Part shown: piece after piece, positions 26,120 through 41,388 of the stretch | Layout: each line of letters starts with the position of its first letter | How positions within the stretch are numbered: the first letter of the stretch is position 1 | Source: Octopus bimaculoides | Lineage: Eukaryota | Length of the DNA stretch: 64,000 nucleotides | Assembly: GCF_001194135.2 (NCBI RefSeq) | Contig: NC_068998.1 | Coordinates: 47,697,984-47,761,983 of the forward strand | Direction of reading: 5' to 3' | Notes under the pieces: model-generated | Seen by the model: the letters and a program-made list of their open reading frames with translations, nothing else | Database searches by the model: none | Told to the model about the DNA's origin: nothing | Translations under genes and position numbers: made by a program

Positions 26120-28479
26120 CACACACACACCACTTGACAACCGATGCTAGTTTGTTTATGTCCCCGTGATTTAACGGTTCGGTAAAAAGTGACAGGCAGA
26201 ATAGGAAACAGACATTTAAAAAGTCCCGAGGCCGTCTGTTCGGCTATAAAAACATCCCTCAAGGCGGTGCCCCGGGCATGGACGCAGTCCAATGACTGAA
26301 GCAAGCTAAAGTTAAGCAACAAAAGGTAGAAAGATATCGTAATGTTAACTACACACTGTTCGCAAAAGTCGGGTTGGCCGCGGACGGAACGCTTTTTATC
26401 ATAGACCTTCAGGATGAAGGCTGAACCTAGGGGTATAACCAATGATTTCTGACGTACGGTACAAGTTCTTAAGTTTTGTCGGAAGTGGGATGAGAGAAGA
26501 ACGCAATCAAAGAGTCTTCAGTACTTTACTGGTAGTTCATCGGTTCCTGGAACGATGAAAGTTAAAGCAAACTCGGGTAGGATTTGAACTCCCGATCTAT
26601 AGAACACTGCCGGCACTCTATCGGCAAGTTATAAAATCTTTAAGTTAAAACAAAACGTGTACTATAGAGGGAAACTGTTTTGTTATATATACATACGCAT
26701 ACATATATATATATGCTCACATACCAGCCTACGTATAGACATACATACACACACAAACATATATTTATTCATACACACATATATGTATGTGCGATTGAGT
26801 AAATGTATGTATATATGTATGCGTATATACATGTATATATGCGTGTATGTGTATGCATTCGCATTGTCCTCTCTCAAACGTTGCACTTGCGCCCAATCTG
26901 GGGCACCTCTCTCAAGAGTTTTATCGAAATCTTTCATCGAACCATCAAGTTTAGAGGCATAAAGATACACAACATAAAATACGGAAAATATACACACACA
27001 CACACGCACACTCACGCACATATGTACTGTGAGCTGCTAATATTTTTCCACATGCAAAAGGAAGGCGGTGCCCCAGCATGACCGCAGTCCAATAACTGAG
27101 ACAACTAAAAGATTTAAAATCTGAGTAGAACAGACCAAGGAGGTGCGTCTACGTAGTTAGTAGTTGCACGATTGCTAGAAACAGCAGCCAAACGGCGACC
27201 TGCTGTCAGAAAGAAAATGGAATGACACTTCGTATAACGTAGTCCTACACGACTGTATACAAAAAGTACGTGATAATCACAGCTGTAGTAAGCCTTAGAT
27301 CAGGCCTGACCTAGGGTTAAACAACACCAGTAACACTAATAACAAAATGTTTAACCATAGAACGTGTGAAATCTGTAGTTCTACTTACATTTGGTATGGC
27401 GAGGCATTGTTTGGTCAGCACGTCCAAAATACTTTAAAAAACCTAAAAGATAAGCAAAGAAACAATAGTCAACAGTATACATACATACGGTACATATATA
27501 TATATATAATTAAGGTGGCTATTCGCAGTTTAAAGAGCGAAAGGCACAAGTTCAATCGTCACTTTAGTGACTAACGATGTTAGTGAGCACCAGCATTGCT
27601 AGAAATAAGAGTCAAATCAACTCTTAGCCACGGGGCAAAGCGCTTATCTGTATATATTGTAACTGTGTAAATAAATGTATACAGTTTATATATACTGGAG
27701 CGAGTGTATAGTGAGTGAGGAGAACCAGCACATGTGTGTAGATGTTGACATTAAAAGAATTATTTACAGCATTCATAATTCAAAGTAAACGACCAACACA
27801 TGTATATGTATGTATGTATTATGTATGTATGTGTATGTATGTATGTGCGTGTGTATGTGTGTGTGTGTGCAATGTGTATATGTTTGAGTTAGTTTACTAC
27901 ATCATCGGAGATGAGTCAACGAGGGCACCGCTCTCTGGTCGCACGGTTTACTAGAAATAACAGCTAACTCACCCTCAAATTAAGCTCCATAATCTCAAGA
28001 AAGAGACGAGACGTTGGATATTGCAGTCGTTGATGTCCCGAAAGAAAGAGACCGGATTGGCATAGTTGGAACGGCTTTTGATCATACGCCTGTCTTGGAT
28101 CACGACCAACCTAGGGCGAGATGACAACTCTGCACGCGCGCGCGCGTGCGTGTGTATAATTGTCAAAATATGTTTATGTAAATTAAGACATTAATGTGTG
28201 TGCGTGTGTATTTGTGTGTGTGTGTCTGTATTGTTCTTAAGTGATGAACATGTGAGATGATTTCGTGTTCTTTTACAAACGAACGAAAGAAGGTCGTGAG
28301 ACTAAAAGTTGGTCAAACGGAAAGAACGGAATGATAAGACAAACAAAAGCAATGAGTAAAGAGGCGAAAGGAAGGAAGGAAGGAGAAAAGAAAAGAGAAC
28401 AAGGAAAAGAAAGAAGAGTAGAGAGAGCGAACTCACAGCATGGATGATCACAGAACGACCGGCGAAAACTGTTTAAAGT

Positions 28480-29340
28480 GGCTATAGAAAGAGAGGAGAA
28501 GGAGGAGGGAGGATTAGAAGGAATGTAAAGAGAGGAAGTGAAAGAGAGAGAAAGGAAGGCGTAAACAACAACATGGGAGGAGGAGGAGGAGGATTAAATT
28601 GACTGAAGAAGTGGGGGAGAAGAAAAAGTGTAATAACTATAATAAGAGGGGAAGGAAGAGGAGGTAAAACAAAGTGAATTAGGAGCTTGAAGCCAACCAA
28701 GAATGTAGGAGGAGATGAAGTGAAAGAGTGAAAGAAGGAAACAAAATAGATAGAAAGATAAATATGAAGAAGAAGAGAAAAAGAAGAAAGAGATTGAGTG
28801 GACTGAGAGGGATGTAGAGAGAGAAAGTGCAAAAGTGTGTGAGGAGAGAAGGGGAGGAAATTAAGAAATGAGAAAATAATTGGAGGCAGAAGGGGAGAGA
28901 GTAAAATAGTAAGTGGAAAAGCATGAATGAAATTGGCTGTGAGTAATAGGAAGAGGGAAGAACTAAGACTGGAGGAAAATGTGGGAGGGAGAGGGAGATA
29001 AGAGATAAGTGGGAGAGGAAGGCAGGATGATAAGGGAGTCGGGTAAGAAGGAAGTGGAAGATAAAGAATGCAGAAGGAAGTATAAAGAAATTGGAGACGG
29101 GGAAAGGGGGTGAAGTGAGAGGTGTAGATAAAAGGAAAGAAATAGAGGAGTGAGTGATTATAGGAAGGGGAGGAGAAGAAGAAAAGAGAGATTAGAGCAG
29201 AAAGTGAGGGAAAAGAGAGAGAAAGAGAGAGAGAGAAGTGGTAGAGGAAGAGGTAGAGATTTAAGGAGTAAAGAAATTATGAGAGGGTGAGAAAGAAAAG
29301 GTGGTGTTAGGTGGAGAGTGACGAAGGGGAGGATTGACGG
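28480..29340. repeat. Polypurine (GA-rich) low-complexity tract
   Basis: Almost exclusively A/G on the + strand. Confidence 0.85.
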
Positions 29341-30718
29341 ACAAGATAGGTAGATAGCTAGTAATAGATACGTCTGCCTTCCGGCTACAAGGTGGATTGA
29401 TGGCTCTTTTGGGGGTCTACCTTAATAAGGGCAGGAGGGATTTTCATTAGAAATACAAGGTGCTATTCTTCGGGTCGGATCCGTTTTAGTAGGAGCTAGG
29501 TACACTCGCTCCTCACCCGAAATTTAGGGGTCGGAACAAACCTGTCATTTAACACACATATACACATACATACATATAGGCATACACATATATATATTTT
29601 TTTTCTCAGGATTAAATAAAAAGACAACAAACGGAAAATATGACATGTATTCTTTTACTTGTGTCAGTCGTTTCACTGTGGCCATGCTGGGGCACCGCAT
29701 TGAAGAATTTTTAGTCCAATGAATCGACTCCAGTACATTTTTTTAAAAATAATTTTAATAATTTTTTTTATTTGCCAGGTGCTTGTTCTATCGGTTTCTT
29801 TTGCGGAATCGCTATATTTCGCGGAAGGAAACACACCAACCCCGGCTGTCGTGTGTGTGTGTGTAGGATAAGTGAGTTTTTTTCAGTTTCCATCTACCAA
29901 ATCCACTCGCATGGCTTTGGTCGGCCCAAGGCTACAGTAGAAGCCACTTGCCCAAGGTGCCATGCAGTGGGACTGAACGCAGAAGCATGTAGTGAAAAAC
30001 AAGCTTCATATCACACAGCTAACACGAGGATTGCAGCGGCAATGCTGTAGCAATTCCGTCTAATCCACGGCCCTAGTCTAGAATGCTTAATTTCATCGAC
30101 CCCGGAAAGATAAATAGGCTAAGATGGCTACAGCTGGATTTGAACGTGAGACAGCAAAGAACCAGATTAAATACCGCAAGGTATTCGGTCCGACGTTTAA
30201 ACAATTCTGTAAAATCGCCCGCCTTGCTGCTAATTATGTAATTAACAGGGATTGTTAATAAGCAAACTTCTCTCAACACACACAGATTTATGTACATAAC
30301 AGCATACATGCATACAACCACATAAACGCACGCACACACGCACATCTCAGATAAGGCCTGCCTCCTCTCCTCCTCCTCTTAATATGTCTTCCCTTTCAGA
30401 CCTTCGTCCTCCTCCTACCACGTCTCATCGTATGACACTTGCTCCCATCTTCCATGCGTTACTTCCTCTTTCTCCCTTTCTTCCTCTGTTTATCTTTCAA
30501 CTCTTAACCTTTTTTCCTTTCTTGTCTGATTGTCTGTCGGTCTTTTGATCACTGCTTGCTTCTCTAACGAATGAGTAAGACTACCTGTTAATCTATCTAT
30601 CAGTCTATCCAGCTGTCTGTCTATTTATTGATTGTCCATCCATCTATCTATCAATCTCTATCTATCTATCAGTCTCTATCTATCTATCTATCTGTCTCTA
30701 TCTATCTATCTATCTGTC

Positions 30719-30752
<34 letters not shown>

Positions 30753-32079
30753 AATGACTGTGTATAATTATGTATACGTGTTATACGTGTGTGTGTCTCG
30801 GCGTATGTGTCTCTAACCAATCGCAACTCAGTGAACCAACTTTTATATTTTATATTTGCCAACTTTTAAAGATTTCAAGATTTCCTGTTTGCTGAGAGCA
30901 AACGTGGAAAGAACTGACAACTGTGTATGATGTATACGCGCGCACACACACACACACACAGACACACACGTGCGCGCATAGACTTTTGTATATACATATA
31001 GTGGGCGCACTTGTGTTCCGTATTCTATTCCAGCAATGCTGTCCTAACTTTATACCGAGTCAAAGCATATTTATCAAACGTAGACATTTATATGTATATT
31101 TTTGTTGCCTTCACAGTGTTTACCGTTTTACAAAATTAGATTAGAAAATTGGACAAAGCAGAGAACACGACNNNNNNNNNNNNNNNNNNNNNNNNNNNNN
31201 NNNNNNNNNNNNNNNNNNNNNNNNNNNNNNNNNNNNNNNNNNNNNNNNNNNNNNNNNNNNNNNNNNNNNNNNNNNNNNNNNNNNNNNNNNNNNNNNNNNN
31301 NNNNNNNNNNNNNNNNNNNNNNNNNNNNNNNNNNNNNNNNNNNNNNNNNNNNNNNNNNNNNNNNNNNNNNNNNNNNNNNNNNNNNNNNNNNNNNNNNNNN
31401 NNNNNNNNNNNNNNNNNNNNNNNNNNNNNNNNNNNNNNNNNNNNNNNNNNNNNNNNNNNNNNNNNNNNNNNNNNNNNNNNNNNNNNNNNNNNNNNNNNNN
31501 NNNNNNNNNNNNNNNNNNNNNNNNNNNNNNNNNNNNNNNNNNNNNNNNNNNNNNNNNNNNNNNNNNNNNNNNNNNNNNNNNNNNNNNNNGTAAGCCTTGT
31601 ACTTATTCTATCGGTCTCTCTGCCAAACCGCTAAGTTACGGGGACGTAAGTACACCAGCATCGGTTGTCAAGCGATGTTGGGGAGGGGGGACAAACACAC
31701 ACACACATATGTATACATATACATATATACGACGGGCTTCTTTCAGTTTCTGTCTACCAAATCCACTCACAAGGCTTTGGTCAGCCCAAGGCTACAGTAG
31801 AAGATACTTGCCCAAGGTGCCACACAGTGGGACTGAACCCGGAACCATGTGGTTGGTAAACAAGCTACTTACCACACAGGCACTCCTGCGCCTATAGCTA
31901 CTCACCACAGTCTCCTCATACATACATACATACATACGGTGCCATTTGAAACGCATTGTGACGCAGAAGTAACATCTGCTGCAAAGGAAAGAGGCCAGTA
32001 ATTGTCTTGTGACTATGAAATCAACAGCCTAATTAGGATTGCTAATGAAATTGATAAGCAATATGAAATATGAGCTGAT

Positions 32080-32124
<45 letters not shown>

Positions 32125-32169
32125 TGGGGAGCATTGGTAAATTCTATTTATCAAAACGAAGTTTTTAAA

Positions 32170-32640
32170 AATGGACCAGTTCATTGTGAAAGTAGAGCAT
32201 GGATACTTGACATGAAAAACTCAAACCATAAAAGGAACAAACCATATCAAAAGCTTGGAATGGAATATCGAATAGTTTAAGACATCCCACTTTGAAGACT
32301 ACATCCATACACTTCGAGAATATGAGTTCCCCACCAGCGTCTGTAGTGTAAAAGGCAGACGACAAATGTAGGCTGTGCAAAGCCAAGGCAGAAGACACCA
32401 ATCATATGATTGTCAACTGTGAGAGAATGTCTTCCAGATATTATCTTTCTGTGACGTATGATGCAATGACCAGAAGAATCTGGAGCAAGTTAAGAAAAAA
32501 AAGGAAATGCCAGCAGACGAATTTGATTGTATTGAGACCGATGAGTCAAAAGAATATTAGTGAAACTTGTAAATTAAAACAGCTACCAATTACAGAATCG
32601 TCAGTTGGACCCTCTACTCTCCAAAAGATGAAGATTGAGG
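32170..32640 (+). mobile_element. Degenerate non-LTR retrotransposon C-terminal fragment (RLE-type, R4/Dong/CRE-like)
   Basis: DKCRLCKAKAEDTNHMIVNC…YYLSVTYDAM fits the CxxC-x7-HI-xxxC…RHD zinc-knuckle consensus; flanked by stop codons. Confidence 0.6.
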
Positions 32641-33434
32641 TCTTATGGTTCGTGTAGTACACCAGTCTCAGCCAAAAAGTCTTGAGGGTTCGAGGCTCTA
32701 CCATTAACCACAATGGTATACTAAAAATAATTCATCATAGCTTCCTCCGCTGAATCGTGTGCGTGGGACCTTCTCTTGGCGCGGGGTCCAGTTTAAACAA
32801 ATATGTCTAATTGGCTAAAAACCGGCCGTGTGTTGAAATGGGTAACGACAGGGTGGCCTGGAATACGCAGTGAAATACTTCAAATGTTACTGCCGAAAGA
32901 AATCGTCAAGACATCGGCCTGTTTCTCCAATGTAAAGAGTACTATAAAGTTTATATATGATACAGTGTGTATACGTATGCGCGTGATTATTCCGTTTTAT
33001 TTCAAGATTTCTTGCCAATAGAGAAAGAACCGGCTTCTAGCCTAGATCCAAGGCTCCTTCATTGGAATTTCAGCAACATCAACAGGGTGTTTTTGCATGT
33101 ATGTGTCTACGTGTGCCGTATTTGGAGTCAGTGTATGTGCAGATTTGTATGTATGTATGTATGTATGGATGGATGGATGGATACGTTTTTGCATAGTAAA
33201 CGATCCGGTGGAGTTCTCGCTACAAGAGTAGAGTGAAATATATATTTAAAGCGATTCAGTGACCTGTTAGTCTGTACTAAATAAAGTACGTGCGTGTGTG
33301 TGTGTGTGTATGCGCGCACACAGATAGATAGATAGGTAGATGGATGGATAAACAAACAGACAGACAAAGAGGTAAACAGACAGATAGATGGATAAACAGA
33401 CAGACAGATAATGAGGTAGATAGATAGATGGATG

Positions 33435-33483
<49 letters not shown>

Positions 33484-33776
33484 AAAGTGAAGAGGTGGAT
33501 AATCTTTATTTACTCTGAAAATTAGGAGTACTAATTACACCACTTATGTTTAATGCTTGCTAATTATCTAATTATTGCTAATTGAACGTTATGCAGACAC
33601 ACAAGCCCACACATATCCCGGTTAAATGAATGATTTCTTCATTCGAGGAAAAAATGCGGCTTGTAGTGTTTATATATTTAATGGAAAGGACTCTCTTTAA
33701 CAAAACTATAAGCCTTTGGGTAAAGTAATACATAGGAGTCATCTTCGTTTATAACCTTCTTCTTCTTCTTCAGTTT

Positions 33777-33813
<37 letters not shown>

Positions 33814-34365
33814 GCATGTAGTCAGACAGACACATACATACATACATGATGGCCGTCCACTCGTGACCGAGGAAGACCATTGGTGATCTTTAGGAACATT
33901 GTGCGCTCTAGGACTAATTTATATATTGCATTTGCGGTTCCGTTGGTGGATAATGGGCCCTGCTCTTGACAAGCATACACGACTGTAAACATTGCAAGCC
34001 AAACTTTCTCCAGTCCCAACGCTTTCAAGCAGCAGCCTTTCGAGCAGCACGCTTAAATTCTTCATGCAAAATATTTGCTCTTTCGGTGTCGACTCCCTCC
34101 TTAACCTGCTTCCAATACATACATACATACATACATACATGCAAACGCGCATGCGTATACAGTTCATGGATTCCTTACAACGTGGCCAGAAGTGTGAACT
34201 ATTATTTCTTATTTCAATATTGCCCACAAGGGGCTAAACACAGAGGGGGACAAACAAGGGATTAAGTCGATTACATCGACCCCAGTGCGTAACTGGTACT
34301 TAATTTATCGACCCTGAAAGGATGAAAGGCAAAGTCGACCTCGGCGGAATTTGAACTCAGAACGT

Positions 34366-35000
34366 ATCTCAATAATTTATCCAAAATAAAACTACTCACC
34401 ATTTTATATAATCTTTTATTTCCTCGTAGTTCACCAGTGGAGTGCTGGGTTCGAAATTCACCTCGGGCCTCAGGAAAAACTGCTGCCATTACCTATTCCA
34501 ACTCTATTTTCGGTGGGATCCTACCTATTCTAATCCACGTTGGACGTCTACCCAACTTATTGGGAAAGAGCATCCAATTTCCTTCAGTTAACGTCTTATT
34601 GGCGCATTTCTTTGCTGCCTCCTCCGATACAAATGTGATCTCTACAGACGCGTATGTCTTGTCTCTTATAAAAAAAAAACGACACAACTTCTTGCAATTC
34701 CTTCAAACACTCCTCCACCTCCTCCTTCGTTGCACTCCCTATTCTTCTATTTTTCCTTGAAAATGATTTATACTCCACGACTCCAATTTCCATTTTCGTC
34801 TTTTCCTCCTCTGATGGGGTCAACTTTACGTTTGGCCCCTCCTTCTTTATCATTTCTTTATATTTTCCAACCTTCTCAGCCATGTCTTCATTCCAATGTA
34901 TTTCATATTGCTTCAGCAGGCCTGGGACGACGGCAGCTCGACTCCCCGTCGCTGCTGCATACGTCTTCATTTTCTCCATCTCAGCAACGACCACCAAATA
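34366..35000 (-). mobile_element. L1/Tx1-like LINE ORF1 fragment, frameshifted at an A-run (~34669-34679)
   Basis: Overlapping ORFs 34596..34997 and 34493..34687 join to EEVEECLKELQEVV…KTYASVEITFVSEEAAKK…, an RRM-like ORF1p pattern; embedded among SINE and LINE tails. Confidence 0.5.
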
Positions 35001-38000
35001 ATAGTGGCGTTATAGTAATAACACGTCCGACCAGTAAACTCAGAGACGAAATATCGATTTCTTTATTAGGCATAAAGCCCCAAAACACAAATGGGGACAC
35101 CACAAGGACAGACAAGACCACAGTAGGGACAAAAAACATAAAACGAATGTAAATGAAATGAAAGTTATATAAAAATGAAAATGGACGCATGAGCCCCACT
35201 CCCATGCAGTACCATTTGAACCGTTATATGTACTATTTACAATTGTTCTTTATTTTTTCCTTTAATTTCATACTTTTTTTTTTGTCTTTAGTAGAACTTC
35301 AATAGTGGTTCGATATCTCTTAGATCCACCACTGGTGGCAACTCTTTAAACTTATATATTTCTTTATTGCCCACAAGGGGCTAAACATAGAAGGGACAAA
35401 CAAAGACTGACAAAGGGATTAAGTCAATTACATCAACCCCAGTGCGTAACTGGTTCTTATTTAATCAACCCCGAAAGGACGAAAGGCAAAGTCGACCTCA
35501 GCGGAATTTGAACTCAGAACGTAAAGACAGACGAAATACCGCAAAGCATTTCGCCCGGAGTGCTAACGTTTCTGCCAGCTCGCCGCAATAGTTTGAACGA
35601 TTCTTTCTCCAGGAAGGACGGTTGTGCTTGTTGCTAAGCTCTACATATATCATTAAGAAGATGAGAAGCCGTGTGCAATGTTTCTTTTCTGTTGCACATG
35701 CCCGTTTTAACTCTAGCTTTGTTTATTTTTTACTCCGCAGAGACTAGGGTTGAAACATCTGGCCATATTGTACAAGACAAAAATACGGTGAATACACTTA
35801 TTCTGCTTGTTTCACCTGAAATTATTATTATAATTATTTATTTATTAGTTTGAGGATTACTGGATTACTCTCTCTCCCTATATATACACATATATATATA
35901 TATTCTCATACATATGCCTATATAGGTACACACACACATCCACGCATATATATATAAAGATTCATACATATAGACGTGTGTGTGTGTACAAATACACTCA
36001 TAAATATAGATGTGTGTATGTGTATATACACGTGTGCGTGCGGACGTGCAAGAAAGAGAGGGAGAGAGAGAGGAAAAGTATTATCAGAGAATATAATGGC
36101 TGTTGTTTTGTTATTCAACCTCAAACCCTCTGACCCATGGATCAAATCTGTTCCAGATATGACCAACACGTCGTTTATTCAAACATAATTAATCTACAAC
36201 TTACAATTATACCAATATTCTATTCTCATTTCTTACTAACAGTAGCATGAGAATTGAGAGAGGTTTCTTCGCTATTTCTAACAGATCGAACCACCATCAG
36301 GAACTGTGCCATTAAATCGATACAAATATCTGTTGATGGTTAATATTTTATAGAATCCTCGCAGACTCCTGCTTGGTTTATCATCAAACATTTAATTCCA
36401 CTGGGAATCCTGTCTTTTAACTAAATTGACCATTAACAATGGTGCCATTACTCTGTTGACATATTTATTATTTATGTTCAAAATGTCACCAATTTTACTA
36501 AAACAGTCTCTGTCTGTTTAGAAAAATATTCCAGTGGACAAAAAGAAAAAAAAAATTTGAAGAAGCCATCCTGTAACAAACTGTCAAATGTTCAAGTTCT
36601 TGCCATAATTGAGAAAAAAATATGAATTCTATTTATTGCTAATCTTGTCCTTTACACACACGTGTGTGTGTGTATGTAGCTTATATTTTTTCTTTCAGTC
36701 ACTGGACTGCGGCCATGCTGGGGCACCACCTTGAAGGGTTTTGACTCAAATTGACGCCAATACTTTTTTTTTTAAAGCCTGGTATTTATTTTATTGGGAG
36801 GCGCAATGGACTAGTGGTTAGGGTAGCGGTCATAGGATCGCGGTTTCGATTCCCAGACCGGGCGTTGTGTGTGTTTATTAAGCGAGAACACCTAAAGCTC
36901 CACGAGACTCCGGCAGGGGACGGTGGCGACTCCTGTTGTACTCTTTATTTATTAAAACATTTATTCTCATCAAATTCCAATCAAACACATGTTTCTGCTG
37001 GAGAAGTATCCTTGTGTCATTTGATGTAGCATTCATGTGCATCTACTTGATTTAAATTCAAATTATTTGCAGTAGATATTCATCCAAGAAAGACATTCCA
37101 ATGCAGCTTTGTTCAAGGTTATTTGTGGAGAATACAAATGTCTGTTAAATCACGTGACAAAACAGGTACAGGAAATTACCGCTCAGGTCAAGTTTATGCT
37201 TAAACAGCAAGTTTAAATGCAAAGAAGCAGCAGCTGGCTAAATGAAGGTTTGCTATTGGCAGTATCTTGAGAGAGCTGGTTGATGTGTAAAAGAACAAAA
37301 AGGATAGACAGACAAGCAACAGGTTTTGAATCAGATTATGATACATTAACATAACATATGCAGAAAGGAGTATAAATCACAGCTGTTTCAGGAATAGTTG
37401 TGTAATTGGTATAATTCTCTGCATGTTGCCAGCATCCAGCATTTTGTGGCAGCCTATCTATTCTGTGTTTTATAATTGTCATAATCTGACCCAACACTTA
37501 TTGTCTGCCTGTCTATCATTTTATTCTATTATATGTACATGCATATTTACATAGATACATGCATGTATATATCTATATACATCATTTAAGTATATATGAG
37601 CATGTCTAGATATGCAACTATATGCATAAGAATACATACATAAAACATACAAATCTGCACGTATACATACATACATACAAAAATACTTTGTTGATGTTGT
37701 TGAAATTCCAATGAAGGAACCTTAGATCTAGGTTAGAAACCGGCTCTTGCTCTAGTAGGAAAGGCATTCAGCTGTAGAGAAACCTTGCCAAGTCAGATTG
37801 GAACCTGGTACAGCCTCCCGGCTTGCTACTTCTCAGTCAAATCATATAACCCATGTCAGCATGGAAAGCAGATATTAAACAAGGACAATGATATATCTAT
37901 ATATATATGCATACATACTAGGCCACTGGTAGAAAAAAATTCTATAATTTTACCTACCCGATATGGTTGGAAAGCATGTTCTTTCATCACACAGCCATGC

Positions 38001-38650
38001 TTGTACTGTGTGTGTGTGTCTGTGTGTGATACATTCACATAAATAAAGATAGTAAAGCAGTAAAAATGCAAAAACAATAAGAAAAATGAAGACAGAATGG
38101 AAAAACATCTTTATTTACCTTCACAGAGAAGAGTGATAAAAAGAAGGGAGAGAAGACTTAAAAAAAAATTTAATGTAAAAAATATTAAGAAATATATATA
38201 AAAAAACAAAGAAGTGATCAAATTTCTTATTAAATTTTTTTTTTCTTTTTTGCCTCTTCAGGATTTCATTATCTAATTAAATATTTAATTAAATATTCTT
38301 GGATTTATTCGTTACTGTCTTTTATATATTTTTTGTTTTATTTTATTTTAATGTAAATAATTACTTTTAATTTTTTTTAATTCTAAAAAGTAAAAAAAAA
38401 AAGAATTTATTATATTTTACTCAGTTCTTTCATTTAGTTACACTTTACATATGTACCTGTGTGTGGGGTGGGGGTGGGGGTGGAGAGGTATGAGTGTATG
38501 TGTATATATATATATATATGCGTTTACATATATGTGTGTGTTTGTAGTATATGTATGTGTTTATATATACATATATAATGTGTGTATACATACATATGTG
38601 TACATATATATATACATGTTTGTGCATATGCATACATGTATGTGTGTACA

Positions 38651-38706
<56 letters not shown>

Positions 38707-39036
38707 NNNNNNNNNNNNNNNNNNNNNNNNNNNNNNNNNNNNNNNNNNNNNNNNNNNNNNNNNNNNNNNNNNNNNNNNNNNNNNNNNNNNNNNNNNNNNN
38801 NNNNNNNNNATATATATGTGTGTGTGTGTACAAGTATATATATATGTACATACAAATAGAAATATATGCATATTTACATACATGTACATTATATATATAT
38901 ATATATGTGTGTGTGTGTACAAGTATATATATATGTACATACAAATAGAAATATATGCATATTTACATACATGTACATTATATATATATATATATATGTG
39001 TGTATATATAAACACGCATACAAATTTATACATATC

Positions 39037-39079
<43 letters not shown>

Positions 39080-39148
39080 GTAACATACATATACATGCTT
39101 ATCTCTCTCTGAATGGCCACAGTCAAAATTAGTGAAACTAGTAAAAGA

Positions 39149-39201
<53 letters not shown>

Positions 39202-39225
39202 TACTGAAATACATATACACATAAT

Positions 39226-39289
<64 letters not shown>

Positions 39290-40469
39290 AGAGAGAGAGA
39301 GATATATATACTGAAATACATACACACATAATACATACATATATATATATATACTGTCAATACTGACAGTTTGCTTTGGACATTGCTAGGTGCCAATAGA
39401 AGTTCTTCAGAATACCCAAAGTGACCAACCACATACAAATACACATGTACACAGATCTAATACATATTGTCAATGATAGCCGGTCACTTTGAAGCTTTGC
39501 CAACAAAGTCTCTGCAAAGGCTCAAACTGTCCGGTCACCACTGATAATACGGTTTCCACTCTGCACCTATATTGAGTCCTTTCAGTATTCAGTGCATATT
39601 TAGTGTACAACCATGTTTACATGTATATATATATATATATATATACATATAAACATATAGAAACATATATATCTAATGGAGACAGAAAACATTGCCATAC
39701 AAGCATATATATATATATATCTATATATATATATATATATACACACAGAGACATAAATATTTACATACATAAGTTTACAAACATTTAATATACATAATAT
39801 ACATACATACAGAAATATATATAACAGATATATAATATATACAGTTGAAATTCTGAATTATGTACATATAAAGATCTTTGAGTGAATAAAAAGGAAAAGG
39901 AAAAAGAAAAAAATATTAAAAATAGTCATAAAAGAGAAATATTGTTTGAATATTGTTTTACATAACATAGCAGTGAGGACTATTGAAAATATCGATGTGT
40001 TTGTTACAGCTTAGTTTTGGGGAAAGACCTCCAGCACAACTAGTGACACCAGAAACAGCTCCACTTATGTCAATGTGGTGAATACCTCCAATTGAACCTC
40101 CAGTAAATCCATAAACACCTCCACCACCATGCAGCCTCCATCACCTCCATCAACATCACCATAATGAATACTTCCATCTCCACCATCAGGAATGACCTCC
40201 AACAGAACCCCCAACCCCCAACACCATTAAAACAAACTTGATGACTACTTCCATCGTATATACCCTCCTCCACTTCCTCAAGTGAGAGTTGCTTCCCTTC
40301 CGTATCCAACAGAGGGCACTCCGAGCTGACTACGGTGTTTTTACATTTATGTCTTGAGTTAGAATTCCTTTCCCCATAACAAAATGCCATGAAAGAACTG
40401 GTCTTAAATTTGTTTAGTTTCAACCACTGCTTTGCACATCACTTCATGAATTTATTTATTTATATACAT

Positions 40470-40715
40470 ATCATCATCATCATCGTTTAACGTCTGCTTT
40501 CCATGCTAGCATGGGTTTGACGATTTGAGTGAGGACTGGCAAGCCAGCAGGCTGCACCAGGCTCCAATCTGATTTGGCAGAGTTTCTACGGCTGGATGCC
40601 CTTCCTAACGCCAACCACTCCAAGAGTGTAGTGGGTGCTTTTATGTGCCACCGGCACGAAGGCCAGTCAGGCGGTACTGGCAACGACCACACTCAAAAAG
40701 GTATTTTTTATGTGC
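40470..40715 (-). mobile_element. RTE-type LINE 3' end or RTE-tailed SINE ending in (GAT)n
   Basis: catcatc-gtttaacgtc(c/t)gctttccatgct(a/g)gcatgggttg motif recurs at ~4655, 5560, 14250-14650, 19230, 24120-24455 and 45960. A microsatellite tail is typical of RTE. Confidence 0.6.
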
Positions 40716-41388
40716 CAGAGAGAGGAGAGACTGGATTATATATTCAATTGAATCAAACTGACTTCATACATTATCCGAAGATCATTCTGCCAATACTTTT
40801 GTGTGGAGGCACATGGCCTAATGGTTAGAGTAGCAGTGTTGCAGTCAAGGGATCACAGGTTTCGAATCTCAGACCAGCATTATAACAATGGTGAGAAATA
40901 CAATAAACCCAAATACTGTAAGATAATCCTTAAACTGCACAATAATCCTATAAATGCATAACAATAATCCATGAAGTTCCAACTGTTTCAGTCAGTGTTA
41001 CAAGCAACAGACCATTTCTCTGGCAAGTCTGTGGTTGGGGGGGGGGGGGAGCAGAATTTGGGATATTTCAGTTTCTTAGGTGAGGAGTTATAAAGTATGC
41101 TAAACACCACAGCTAAAAACACTGGTTTCAAATTTTGGCACAAGGCCAGCAATTTCAGGGACAGGGCATGTCAATTACAATGACCCCAGCACTCAACTGG
41201 TACTTATTTTAATTTTAGTACAACCCCTCTGTGTTGGCCCCTTGTGGGCGATAAAGAAATCTGGTACTTATTTTATCGACCCTGAAAGGATGAAAGGCGA
41301 AGTTGACCTCCGTGGAATTTGAACTCAAAATTTAAATAGGAATAATATATTTCTAAATCTCTCACAGAGATTTATGCATTAGCAGCAC

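Noticed and set aside
26840-28130. Short unique-looking open frames (…MKDFDKTLERGAPDWAQVQRL…; …SNYANPVSFFRDINDCNIQ…)
   Set aside because: No convincing splice-site pairs (one apparent donor belongs to a repeat) and no recognisable homology.
8083-29340. CRISPR-like or prokaryotic features
   Set aside because: Eukaryotic intron/exon and SINE context; no repeat-spacer array with unique spacers and no cas-like ORFs.
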